A stretch of DNA of 37,168 bases from Myxococcales bacterium. GTDB taxonomy: Bacteria; Myxococcota_A; UBA9042; JABWCM01; BTVJ01. Numbering within the stretch: position 1 is the stretch's first letter; each line of letters begins with the position of its first letter. The stretch is taken from assembly GCA_045863395.1 (NCBI GenBank), contig BTVJ01000069.1, forward strand, positions 1 to 37,168. Direction: 5' to 3'. The translations under genes and the position numbers were made by a program. The notes beneath the pieces are model-generated. The model worked only from the letters and a program-made list of their open reading frames with translations. It was not told the origin of the DNA and did not search any database. Of the stretch, positions 26,705-34,592 are shown one piece after another.

Positions 26705-29700
26705 GTGCGCCGCACCACCGGCGCTCGTAGCGCCGCCCTCGCCTCGCTCGCGCTGCCGCTCTCCCTGTGTGTTGTCCTGGCCGGTTGCGCGGACTCGGCG
26801 TCCCCGGGGCCCCTCGGATCGTTGCCCAAGGACGTGGGCGCTGGCGACGGCGAGGCCCTGGACGCTGACGGGGGGCCGGCTGGGGACGGGACCGTGGACC
26901 CGGACGCGGGGAGCCTGGATGGGGGCCCGGGCGACGGGGCGGGGGACACGGGGGACGGGGCACCGGACGGCACAGGAGATGCCGAGGATTCCGGTGGAGA
27001 CACCGGGTTGGACGCCGACGCAGAGGGAGACGCGGGCCCGGGAGATGCGGGTGACACAGGCGTGGACTCGCCAGACGTGCCGGTGGTGCTGTGCACGTCC
27101 GACACCGACTGCGACGATCTCGACGTCTGCACGGTCGACTCCTGCATGCCCGACGGCTGCCTCTACGCGCCCCTCCCTTGCACTGACGGGGATCCGTGCA
27201 CCGACGACAAGTGCGGACCCGGCGGGTGCCTCCACCCCCCGAAGGCATGCAGCGACGGCGATCCGTGCACGGACGACGCCTGCGACGCCGGGACGTGCAC
27301 CCACGTGCCTGCCGCCTGCGACGACGGCGATCTTTGCACCGTGGATCTCTGTGGCGCCGGGGGCTGTCAGCACGCCCCGAAGCCCTGCGACGACGAGGAC
27401 CCCTGCACCGTGGACGGGTGCGCGGCGGGGATCTGCACCCATGCCGCGATCACGTGCAACGACGGCGACCCCTGCACCCAGGACCTTTGCGGGCCTGCCG
27501 GCTGCTCGTTTGCCAAGAGCACCTGCGACGATGGCAACCCGTGCACCAAGGACGTCTGCGTCGCGGGCGCCTGCTCGTGGGTGGGTGTGCAGTGCGACGA
27601 CGGCAACCCGTGCACCCTCGACACCTGCGTTGGCGATGGGGACTGTACGAGCCTGCCCATGCCGTGCGACGACGGCGATGCCTGTACCGCCGACGTGTGT
27701 CTGCCCGACAGCGGGTGCGTGGCGTTCCCGCTCCCCTGCGACGACGGCGACGCCTGCACGGCCGACGCCTGTGACCCGGCGACGGGCTGCGGCCATCCGC
27801 TGATCCCGTGCGACGACGGGGACCCGTGCACCGCCGACGGCTGCGACCCGGCGACGGGCTGCGCCAACGCTCCCAAGCTGTGCGGGGGCACGCTCTGCAC
27901 CCTGGCGACCTGCGACCCGGCGACGGGGAGCTGCGCGTCGGGCCCCGCCGATTGCGACGACGGTGACCCGTGTACCCTGGACGGGTGCGACCCGATCCAA
28001 GGGTGCCAGCACACCCCACAGACCTGCGCGTCCGGCTCCGCCTGCGCCACCGCGCTGTGCGATCCCCTGGCCGGCGGCTGCGCGATCACCCCCGTAGACT
28101 GCCAGGCCCCCGGCGACTGCATCGCTGCGGCCTGTGACCCGCAGGCAGGCTGTGTCTCCGTCCCGCTGGACTGCAACGACGGCGACCCGTGCACCTGGGA
28201 CTCCTGCGCGGAGGGGGCGGGCTGCACCCACGAGCAGAAGGAGGCGTGCGCGGGGTGTGGCTCCGACGCCGAGTGCGGCGACGGGGACGCCTGTACGACG
28301 GACTCCTGCATCCGTGGCGTGTGTGCGAGCGCAGCCATCTCCTGCGACGACGGGGACGCCTGCACGGTGGACGTGTGCAGCAAGATCCTCGGGTGCTCCA
28401 GCACGGTGATCCTGTGCGCCGATGGCGACCCGTGCACCACCGACGCCTGCGATCCGGCGACCGGCGTGTGCGTGTTCGTGGAGAAGAGCTGCGACGACGG
28501 TGACCCCTGCACCAGCGACGCCTGCAACGGGGCCACCGGCGGCTGCACCTACGAGGGCAAGTACTGCAACGACGGCGACGGGTGCACGGGCGACGTGTGT
28601 GACCCGGCCACCGGGGCGTGCGTTCACGACGCGAAGGCCTGCGACGACGGGGACGCCTGCACCAAGGACGCCTGCAACCCGCTGACGGGGGCTTGCACCA
28701 ATGCTCCCGCCGCCTGCGACGACGGCGACATCTGCACCGCCGACTCGTGCGACCCCGCCACCGGGGCGTGCGCCAACGTGCCGACCGCCTGCGACGACGG
28801 CGAGCCGTGCACGAAGGACGTCTGCAACGCGATCACCGGCGCGTGTCTGACGCAGCCCCTGGACTGCGACGACGGGGATGGCTGCACGGCGGACTCCTGC
28901 ACGCCGGGGGTCGGGTGCGCCCATGTGTCGAAGGTGTGCAGCGACGGCGACCCCTGCACGGCAGACGCCTGTGACCCGCTGACCGGGCAATGCACCTTCG
29001 AGGCGCCCGCCTGCGACGACGGCGATGCCTGCACCTCCGACTCCTGCAACCCAGGGACGGGGGCCTGCGCCCATGGCGCCATCGACTGTGAGGACGGAAA
29101 CCCCTGCACCGACAACCCCTGCGACCCGGTGGGGGGCTGCGGCGTGGCGCCCGCGGCCTGCGACGACGGCGACCCGTGCACGCCGGACGGCTGCTCCTTG
29201 CCCGGGGGGTGCTTCCACGGCGCGCCTGACTGCGCCGATGGCGACCCGTGCACGGTGGACTCCTGCAGCGCCGGTGGGTGCCAGCACGACGCCGTGGATT
29301 GTAGCGACGGCGAGCCCTGCACCGACGACCTGTGCAGCCAGGTGACGGGAGAGTGCGGGTGGCAGCCCACCGACTGCGACGACGGAGACCTGTGCACGGT
29401 GGAGACCTGTGTGCTCGGCACCGGCTGCGTGATCTCGCCGAAGCCCTGCGCCGACGGCGATCTGTGCACGACCGACGCCTGTGACCCCGTGACGGGGCAG
29501 TGCTTCTTCGAGAACGTGAGCTGCGACGACGGGACCTCCTGCACGGCGGACTCGTGTCTCCCCCTCGACGGGTCCTGCGCCCACGCCCCCATCGACTGCG
29601 AGGACGGCAACCCCTGCACGGACAACCCGTGCCACCCGGTCACCGGGTGTGGCTCCGCCCCGGCCGCCTGCGACGATGGCAACGCCTGCACCCAGGACGG

Positions 29701-32700
29701 CTGCTCGCTGCCCGGCGGGTGCTTCCACGGGCCGGCCACCTGCGACGACGGCAACCCCTGCACGGTGGACGTGTGCGACCCCTCCAGCGGGTGCACCCAC
29801 CCGCCGCTCGCCTGCGACGACGGCGAGCCCTGCACCCTCGACCAGTGCCACGCGCCGTCGGGCGGCTGCGTGTTCCTCCCGGACCCCTGCAACGACGGGG
29901 ACGCTTGCACGGCTGACTCCTGCCAGCTTGGGAGTGGCTGTGTCCACGTGGGAAAGGCGTGCGCCGACGGGGACCTGTGCACACTGGACGGCTGCGACCC
30001 CGTGTCCGGGCTGTGTCAGTTCTCCGACGTGAGCTGCGAGGACGGGAGCGCCTGCACCACCGACGCCTGTGACCCCGCGGACGGCGCCTGCGCTCACCAG
30101 CTCGTGGACTGCGAGGACGGCAACCTCTGCACCGACAACCCGTGCAGTGCGGCGACCGGGTGTGGCTCCGTGCCCGCGGAGTGCAGCGACGGCAACGCCT
30201 GCACGGTCGATGGCTGCGCGCTGCCCGGGGGGTGCTTCCACGGGCCGGCCGACTGCGCCGACGGGGATCTGTGCACCGTGGACTCCTGCGACCCGGCGAC
30301 GGGCTGCACCCATGCGCCGAAGTCCTGTGTGGACGGGAACGCCTGCACGGACGACGCATGCAGCGCCGCGACCGGGGCCTGCTCCCACGAGCCGTCGGAC
30401 TGCGACGACGACAACGCCTGCACGGCGGACGGCTGCAACCCGGCCAGCGGGTGTACCCATGCGCTGGACCCCTGCTCGGACGGCGATCCCTGCACCGTGG
30501 ACGCCTGCGTCCCGAGCACGGGCGAGTGCCTGCATGGGCCGGGCGCCTGTGACGACGGCAACCCTTGTACCGTGGATTCGTGCGCCCTGGGCACCGGAGC
30601 CTGCACCCACGCGGCCACCGCCTGCGACGACGGCAACGCCTGCACTGCGGACGCCTGCGACCCGGCCACGGGCTGCACTACGGCGCCCGCGAGCTGCGAC
30701 GACGGCGACGCGTGCACGGCGGACTCCTGCCACCCCGTCAGCGGGTGCCAGCACGCGCCGCTCGTGTGCAACGACGGCAACGCCTGCACCGTGGACGCCT
30801 GCGTGCCGGGGGTAGGTTGCGCATTCGTGCCGAAGCCCTGCGACGACGGCGACGCCTGCACGGACGACGGGTGCTCGGACGGGGCCTGCACGCACGCCAC
30901 CGTCGACTGCTCGGACGACAACTCCTGCACCCTGGAGGCCTGCGACCCGGTGGCTGGGTGCATCTACCCGCCGGTCGAGTGCCCCGGGACGGGCTGTGAC
31001 AAGGCCTTCTGTGTCCCCGGCCTCGGCTGCAAGGTGCCCGTGCTGCCATGCGACGACGGCGACGCCTGCACGGTGGACGCCTGCGTGGGCAACCAGTGCA
31101 GCCACCAGGTGGTGGGCTGCTCGGACGGCGACGTCTGCACCATGGACCTGTGCAACCCGGCGACCGGCGCCTGCGAGCACGCAATCGAGATCTGCGAGAG
31201 CCCCGACGGTTGCCTCCAGGGCACCTGCGTCGGGCCAACCCAGGGCTGCGTGTTCGCCCCCAAGGTGTGCCCAGGGGACGGGTGCAACGTGGGCGCGTGC
31301 GTGGCTGGGCAGTGCACGGTCACGCCCGTATCCTGCGACGACGCGAACCCCTGCACCCAGGATAGCTGCGTCAACGGGATCGGCTGCATCTTTGCGCCCA
31401 TCCCCGGCTGCAACGAGTGTGAGACGGCGGAGGACTGCCTCCAGGGAGACTGCATCCAGGCGGAGTGTCTGCCCTCGCCCGTCGGGTGCGTCTATACGGT
31501 TCTGCCCTGCGACGCGGGGGACCCATGCGTCACGGGGACCTGCGGCCCCGGCGGCAACTGCGTCTTCACGGGCACCGACTGCAACGACGGGGACCCGTGC
31601 ACCATGGACGCCTGCACGGCAGGCGGCGCCTGCTCCCACACGCCGTTCATGTGCTCGGATGGGGACCCGTGCTCCAAGGACGCCTGCGAAGCTGGGCTCT
31701 GCGTCCACCTCGCCGACTACTACTGCCACACGTGCACGCTCTCGTCTCAGTGTGACGATCTGGACCCCTGCACGGCCAACCTGTGCGAGCTCGGCGAGTG
31801 TACCTTCCCGTCCGGAGGCTGCGACGACGGGGACCCCTGTACGGTGGACTCGTGCGGTGCGACGGGGGCGTGCGTCCACACCCTCGCCCCGCAGTGCACC
31901 CCGTGCGTCGACGCGGCCACCTGCAACGACGGCAACCCCTGCACGGATGACACCTGCGCCGGAGGACTCTGCGCCTTCCCCGCCAAGGACTGCGGAGACG
32001 GCGAGCCGTGCACCGACGACGTGTGCCTCCCGAACGGCGCCTGCGAGCACGTCCCGCTGCCGCTCTGCGAGTCGTGCACGGTGGCGGCTCAGTGCACCCT
32101 CGGCGCGATCTGCACCACGGCGACCTGCGCCGGCGGCTTCTGTGCGTATGCCCCCAAGGACTGCGGGGACGCAGATCCCTGCACCGTCGACTCCTGCGGC
32201 GCGACGGGGAGCTGCGTGAACGCCCCCGTCGAGGGCTGCACCGCCTGCGCCACGGCCGCCCAGTGCGACGACGGCTCGGGCTGCACCGTCGACGTGTGCG
32301 CGAGCGGCGTGTGCTCCCACGTCGTGAACTGCGACGACGGCGACCCATGCACCACAGACGGCTGCCAGGTGACGACCGGCACGTGCATCCACGCCCCGAT
32401 CGCGGGGTGTGTGGCGTGCGCGTCCGCCGCCCAGTGTGACGACGGCGACGCCTGCACCACCGGCGCCTGCGTCGGGGGGACGTGCGCGTGGTCACCGGTC
32501 CTGTGCCCCGGCGGCACGGCCTGCCTCATCGCGCTGTGCGATCCCGTGGTCGGCTGCACGACGACCGGGAAGGACTGCGGCGATGGCAACCCGTGTACCA
32601 CCGACGGCTGCAACCCGGCCAACGGCGCCTGCTCGCACACCCCGCTGCCGGGGTGCGTCGGCTGCTTCACGGCGTCCGACTGCAAGGACGGCGACGACTG

Positions 32701-33055
32701 CACGGTGGACCAGTGCAACGCGTCCAAGCAGTGCACCCACGCCCCGGTAGGCTGCCCCGACGACGGAGACCCTTGCACCATCGACGCGTGTGTCCCCGGC
32801 GCGGGCTGCCAGACCGTCGATGCGTGCGACGACGGTGATGCGTGCACCACCGACCAGTGCAGCGCCGTGACGGGTCAGTGCACCCACGCGCCGGTCGTGT
32901 GCTCCAACGATCCGCTCTGCGCCAGCTCGACCTGCTCGCCAATCCTGGGCTGTCAGGTCACCTGGCTGTGCGACGACGGCAACCCGTGCACCGTGGACCT
33001 GTGCAGCCCGGCGTCTGGCGCGTGCAGCCACGTAGTGAAGCCCGGCTGTCCGTGA
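26705..33055 (+). CDS. Giant Cys-rich repeat lipoprotein (2116 aa; Dictyostelium EcmA/EcmB-type ~24-aa repeats)
   Basis: GGAGG at 26694 before GTG. Lipobox VLAGC, then a ~100-aa Asp/Gly linker, then continuous CDDG(D/N)(P/A)CTxDxC...GC repeats to the stop, with no other domain. Confidence 0.88.
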   Translation: MRRTTGARSAALASLALPLSLCVVLAGCADSASPGPLGSLPKDVGAGDGEALDADGGPAGDGTVDPDAGSLDGGPGDGAGDTGDGAPDGTGDAEDSGGDTGLDADAEGDAGPGDAGDTGVDSPDVPVVLCTSDTDCDDLDVCTVDSCMPDGCLYAPLPCTDGDPCTDDKCGPGGCLHPPKACSDGDPCTDDACDAGTCTHVPAACDDGDLCTVDLCGAGGCQHAPKPCDDEDPCTVDGCAAGICTHAAITCNDGDPCTQDLCGPAGCSFAKSTCDDGNPCTKDVCVAGACSWVGVQCDDGNPCTLDTCVGDGDCTSLPMPCDDGDACTADVCLPDSGCVAFPLPCDDGDACTADACDPATGCGHPLIPCDDGDPCTADGCDPATGCANAPKLCGGTLCTLATCDPATGSCASGPADCDDGDPCTLDGCDPIQGCQHTPQTCASGSACATALCDPLAGGCAITPVDCQAPGDCIAAACDPQAGCVSVPLDCNDGDPCTWDSCAEGAGCTHEQKEACAGCGSDAECGDGDACTTDSCIRGVCASAAISCDDGDACTVDVCSKILGCSSTVILCADGDPCTTDACDPATGVCVFVEKSCDDGDPCTSDACNGATGGCTYEGKYCNDGDGCTGDVCDPATGACVHDAKACDDGDACTKDACNPLTGACTNAPAACDDGDICTADSCDPATGACANVPTACDDGEPCTKDVCNAITGACLTQPLDCDDGDGCTADSCTPGVGCAHVSKVCSDGDPCTADACDPLTGQCTFEAPACDDGDACTSDSCNPGTGACAHGAIDCEDGNPCTDNPCDPVGGCGVAPAACDDGDPCTPDGCSLPGGCFHGAPDCADGDPCTVDSCSAGGCQHDAVDCSDGEPCTDDLCSQVTGECGWQPTDCDDGDLCTVETCVLGTGCVISPKPCADGDLCTTDACDPVTGQCFFENVSCDDGTSCTADSCLPLDGSCAHAPIDCEDGNPCTDNPCHPVTGCGSAPAACDDGNACTQDGCSLPGGCFHGPATCDDGNPCTVDVCDPSSGCTHPPLACDDGEPCTLDQCHAPSGGCVFLPDPCNDGDACTADSCQLGSGCVHVGKACADGDLCTLDGCDPVSGLCQFSDVSCEDGSACTTDACDPADGACAHQLVDCEDGNLCTDNPCSAATGCGSVPAECSDGNACTVDGCALPGGCFHGPADCADGDLCTVDSCDPATGCTHAPKSCVDGNACTDDACSAATGACSHEPSDCDDDNACTADGCNPASGCTHALDPCSDGDPCTVDACVPSTGECLHGPGACDDGNPCTVDSCALGTGACTHAATACDDGNACTADACDPATGCTTAPASCDDGDACTADSCHPVSGCQHAPLVCNDGNACTVDACVPGVGCAFVPKPCDDGDACTDDGCSDGACTHATVDCSDDNSCTLEACDPVAGCIYPPVECPGTGCDKAFCVPGLGCKVPVLPCDDGDACTVDACVGNQCSHQVVGCSDGDVCTMDLCNPATGACEHAIEICESPDGCLQGTCVGPTQGCVFAPKVCPGDGCNVGACVAGQCTVTPVSCDDANPCTQDSCVNGIGCIFAPIPGCNECETAEDCLQGDCIQAECLPSPVGCVYTVLPCDAGDPCVTGTCGPGGNCVFTGTDCNDGDPCTMDACTAGGACSHTPFMCSDGDPCSKDACEAGLCVHLADYYCHTCTLSSQCDDLDPCTANLCELGECTFPSGGCDDGDPCTVDSCGATGACVHTLAPQCTPCVDAATCNDGNPCTDDTCAGGLCAFPAKDCGDGEPCTDDVCLPNGACEHVPLPLCESCTVAAQCTLGAICTTATCAGGFCAYAPKDCGDADPCTVDSCGATGSCVNAPVEGCTACATAAQCDDGSGCTVDVCASGVCSHVVNCDDGDPCTTDGCQVTTGTCIHAPIAGCVACASAAQCDDGDACTTGACVGGTCAWSPVLCPGGTACLIALCDPVVGCTTTGKDCGDGNPCTTDGCNPANGACSHTPLPGCVGCFTASDCKDGDDCTVDQCNASKQCTHAPVGCPDDGDPCTIDACVPGAGCQTVDACDDGDACTTDQCSAVTGQCTHAPVVCSNDPLCASSTCSPILGCQVTWLCDDGNPCTVDLCSPASGACSHVVKPGCP

Positions 33056-33072
33056 CCAGGGTGGGCGGGAGT

Positions 33073-33099
33073 CACCGCAGCACGGAGCCGTGTGCGGTG
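33073..33099. terminator. GC-rich hairpin between convergent genes (possible bidirectional terminator)
   Basis: CACCGCA-g-CACG-gagc-CGTG-TGCGGTG in the 55-bp gap between convergent stops; no U-tract. Confidence 0.45.
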
Positions 33100-33110
33100 G
33101 GGGCCCTGCA

Positions 33111-33371
33111 TCAACCGCCGGACAGGGCGGCCACGATCTTCACCACGTCGCTGCCCGTCACGGGGTGGGAGAGGCTCCGCGCCATCGCATCGCCCACGAA
33201 GAAGCGAATGTGGGGCCGAATGCGGTCCTGCTCGTCCACGATGCGGAACTTGAGGCCCGGGTAGCGGGCGTCGAGCCAGTCGACCACGGCCATCAGAGAC
33301 TCGCCGTCCGCGTCCACGTGCGACACACCCCCCGTGTAGCCGTGGAGGGGGGAGGGCAGCTCCACCCGCAT
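33111..33371 (-). CDS. MoaD/ThiS-family ubiquitin-like protein
   Basis: 86 aa, MRVELPSPL...LDARYPGLKFRIVDEQDRIRPHIRFFV...IVAALSGG (C-terminal di-Gly). ATG overlaps the upstream TGA (TGATG). Confidence 0.9.
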   Translation of the reverse strand: MRVELPSPLHGYTGGVSHVDADGESLMAVVDWLDARYPGLKFRIVDEQDRIRPHIRFFVGDAMARSLSHPVTGSDVVKIVAALSGG

Positions 33372-34534
33372 CAGGACACCGTCACGCTCAGGATCGCCGG
33401 CAGGTGGCGGGCCAGCGGGCGCCACGTCGCGCCCTCCGAGTCGCTCATCCACAGCTCGCCGCTCGTGGTCCCGAGGTACAGCCCGACGGGGCTCCCCGCG
33501 TCGGAGGCCAGGGCCTGCCGGTAGACGGTCCAGTAGGCGTCGTGCTCCGGGAGCCCGCCGTCCTGGCGCTCCCAGCTCTGTCCACCGTCGCGGGTCCGGT
33601 AGACCGCTGGCTTGCCGTGGGGGCTCGTCCGAGGCCAGACGCTGGTGCCGTCCATGGGGAACACCCACACCGTGTCCCGGTCCCTCGGGTGGGGCACGAT
33701 GGGGAAGCCGATGTCGCCGACCTCTCGCGGCATGTTGTCGCCGATGCGCACCCAGCGGTCGGCCGGGCGGTCCAGGCGGTAGATGCCGCAGTGGTTCTGC
33801 TGGTACAGCCGGTCCGGGTCCGCCGGGTGGATGATCAGGCAGTGGGGGTCCTGGCCGTAGTCGTGGTCTCCCTCGGGCAGGAAGCCCGTCGCCACCCCCT
33901 TGTTGAGGGGTGTCCAGGACTCGCCCGCGTCACGGCTCTCCAGGGTGCCCGCCGACGAGATGGAGACGCACAGGTGGCGCGGATTGCGTGGATCCACCCG
34001 CACCGAGTGGAGCATGGCCCCACCGGGAGGGAAGCCGAGCACCACCTCTTTGTTGTCCAGCGCCGACAGGTGGGCGCGCAGGCCCGGGGCCTCGGCCCAG
34101 GTGGCGCCACCATCTTCTGAACGGAACAGCGCGACGTTGCACGCGAACCCGCTGAGGCCGCCTGGGTCCTGCGGCCCCCTGAGGTCGGCGCCTGCCCACC
34201 ATGTTGATGGCGCGGAGGCGTGGCCGGGCTCGATCCAGAACACGCGGTTCACGGCCTGGGCGCCCTCGCCCTCCTTCGGGAGCTGGGGCGGGCGCGAGGC
34301 CTCGGTCCAGGTCTCGCCGCCGTCGCCGCTGCGGTAGACGGTGGGCCCGAGGTGGCCCGTTCGGGCGGCCATCAGGACCGTCGAGGGGTCTCGCGGGTCC
34401 TGGACGACGTGGTAGACCTCGCACCCGAGGAAGGTGGGGCCGTGCAGAGTGAAGGTTGCTCGCGAGTCGTCCGAACGCAGGGCGAAGGCCCCCTTGCGCG
34501 TACCGACCCAGACGGTGACAGGCTCATTGCTCAC
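33371..34534 (-). CDS. BNR/Asp-box beta-propeller protein (sialidase/glycosyl-hydrolase-like, function unknown)
   Basis: AAGGAG before GTG 34534. VWVGTRKGAF start, repeated SxDGGxTW Asp-boxes, DPHC and LYQQNHCGIYR motifs. Confidence 0.87.
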   Translation of the reverse strand: MSNEPVTVWVGTRKGAFALRSDDSRATFTLHGPTFLGCEVYHVVQDPRDPSTVLMAARTGHLGPTVYRSGDGGETWTEASRPPQLPKEGEGAQAVNRVFWIEPGHASAPSTWWAGADLRGPQDPGGLSGFACNVALFRSEDGGATWAEAPGLRAHLSALDNKEVVLGFPPGGAMLHSVRVDPRNPRHLCVSISSAGTLESRDAGESWTPLNKGVATGFLPEGDHDYGQDPHCLIIHPADPDRLYQQNHCGIYRLDRPADRWVRIGDNMPREVGDIGFPIVPHPRDRDTVWVFPMDGTSVWPRTSPHGKPAVYRTRDGGQSWERQDGGLPEHDAYWTVYRQALASDAGSPVGLYLGTTSGELWMSDSEGATWRPLARHLPAILSVTVS

Positions 34535-34592
34535 GGTGGCGCTCCTTGTGCCGGGGGATGCCGCCGATGGTGGCGCGAGTGCCGGCCGTCCG

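Noticed and set aside
26681..32392. 1903-aa minus-strand ORF, and similar long ORFs at 22118-25846, 6407-9097, 8997-11831, 14662-17208 and 2381-4366
   Set aside because: Antisense shadows of real GC-rich or repetitive genes; Arg/Ala/Gly-rich with no motifs.
26705..33055. Multiheme cytochrome c
   Set aside because: The CxxC motifs are not followed by His; no CxxCH was seen.
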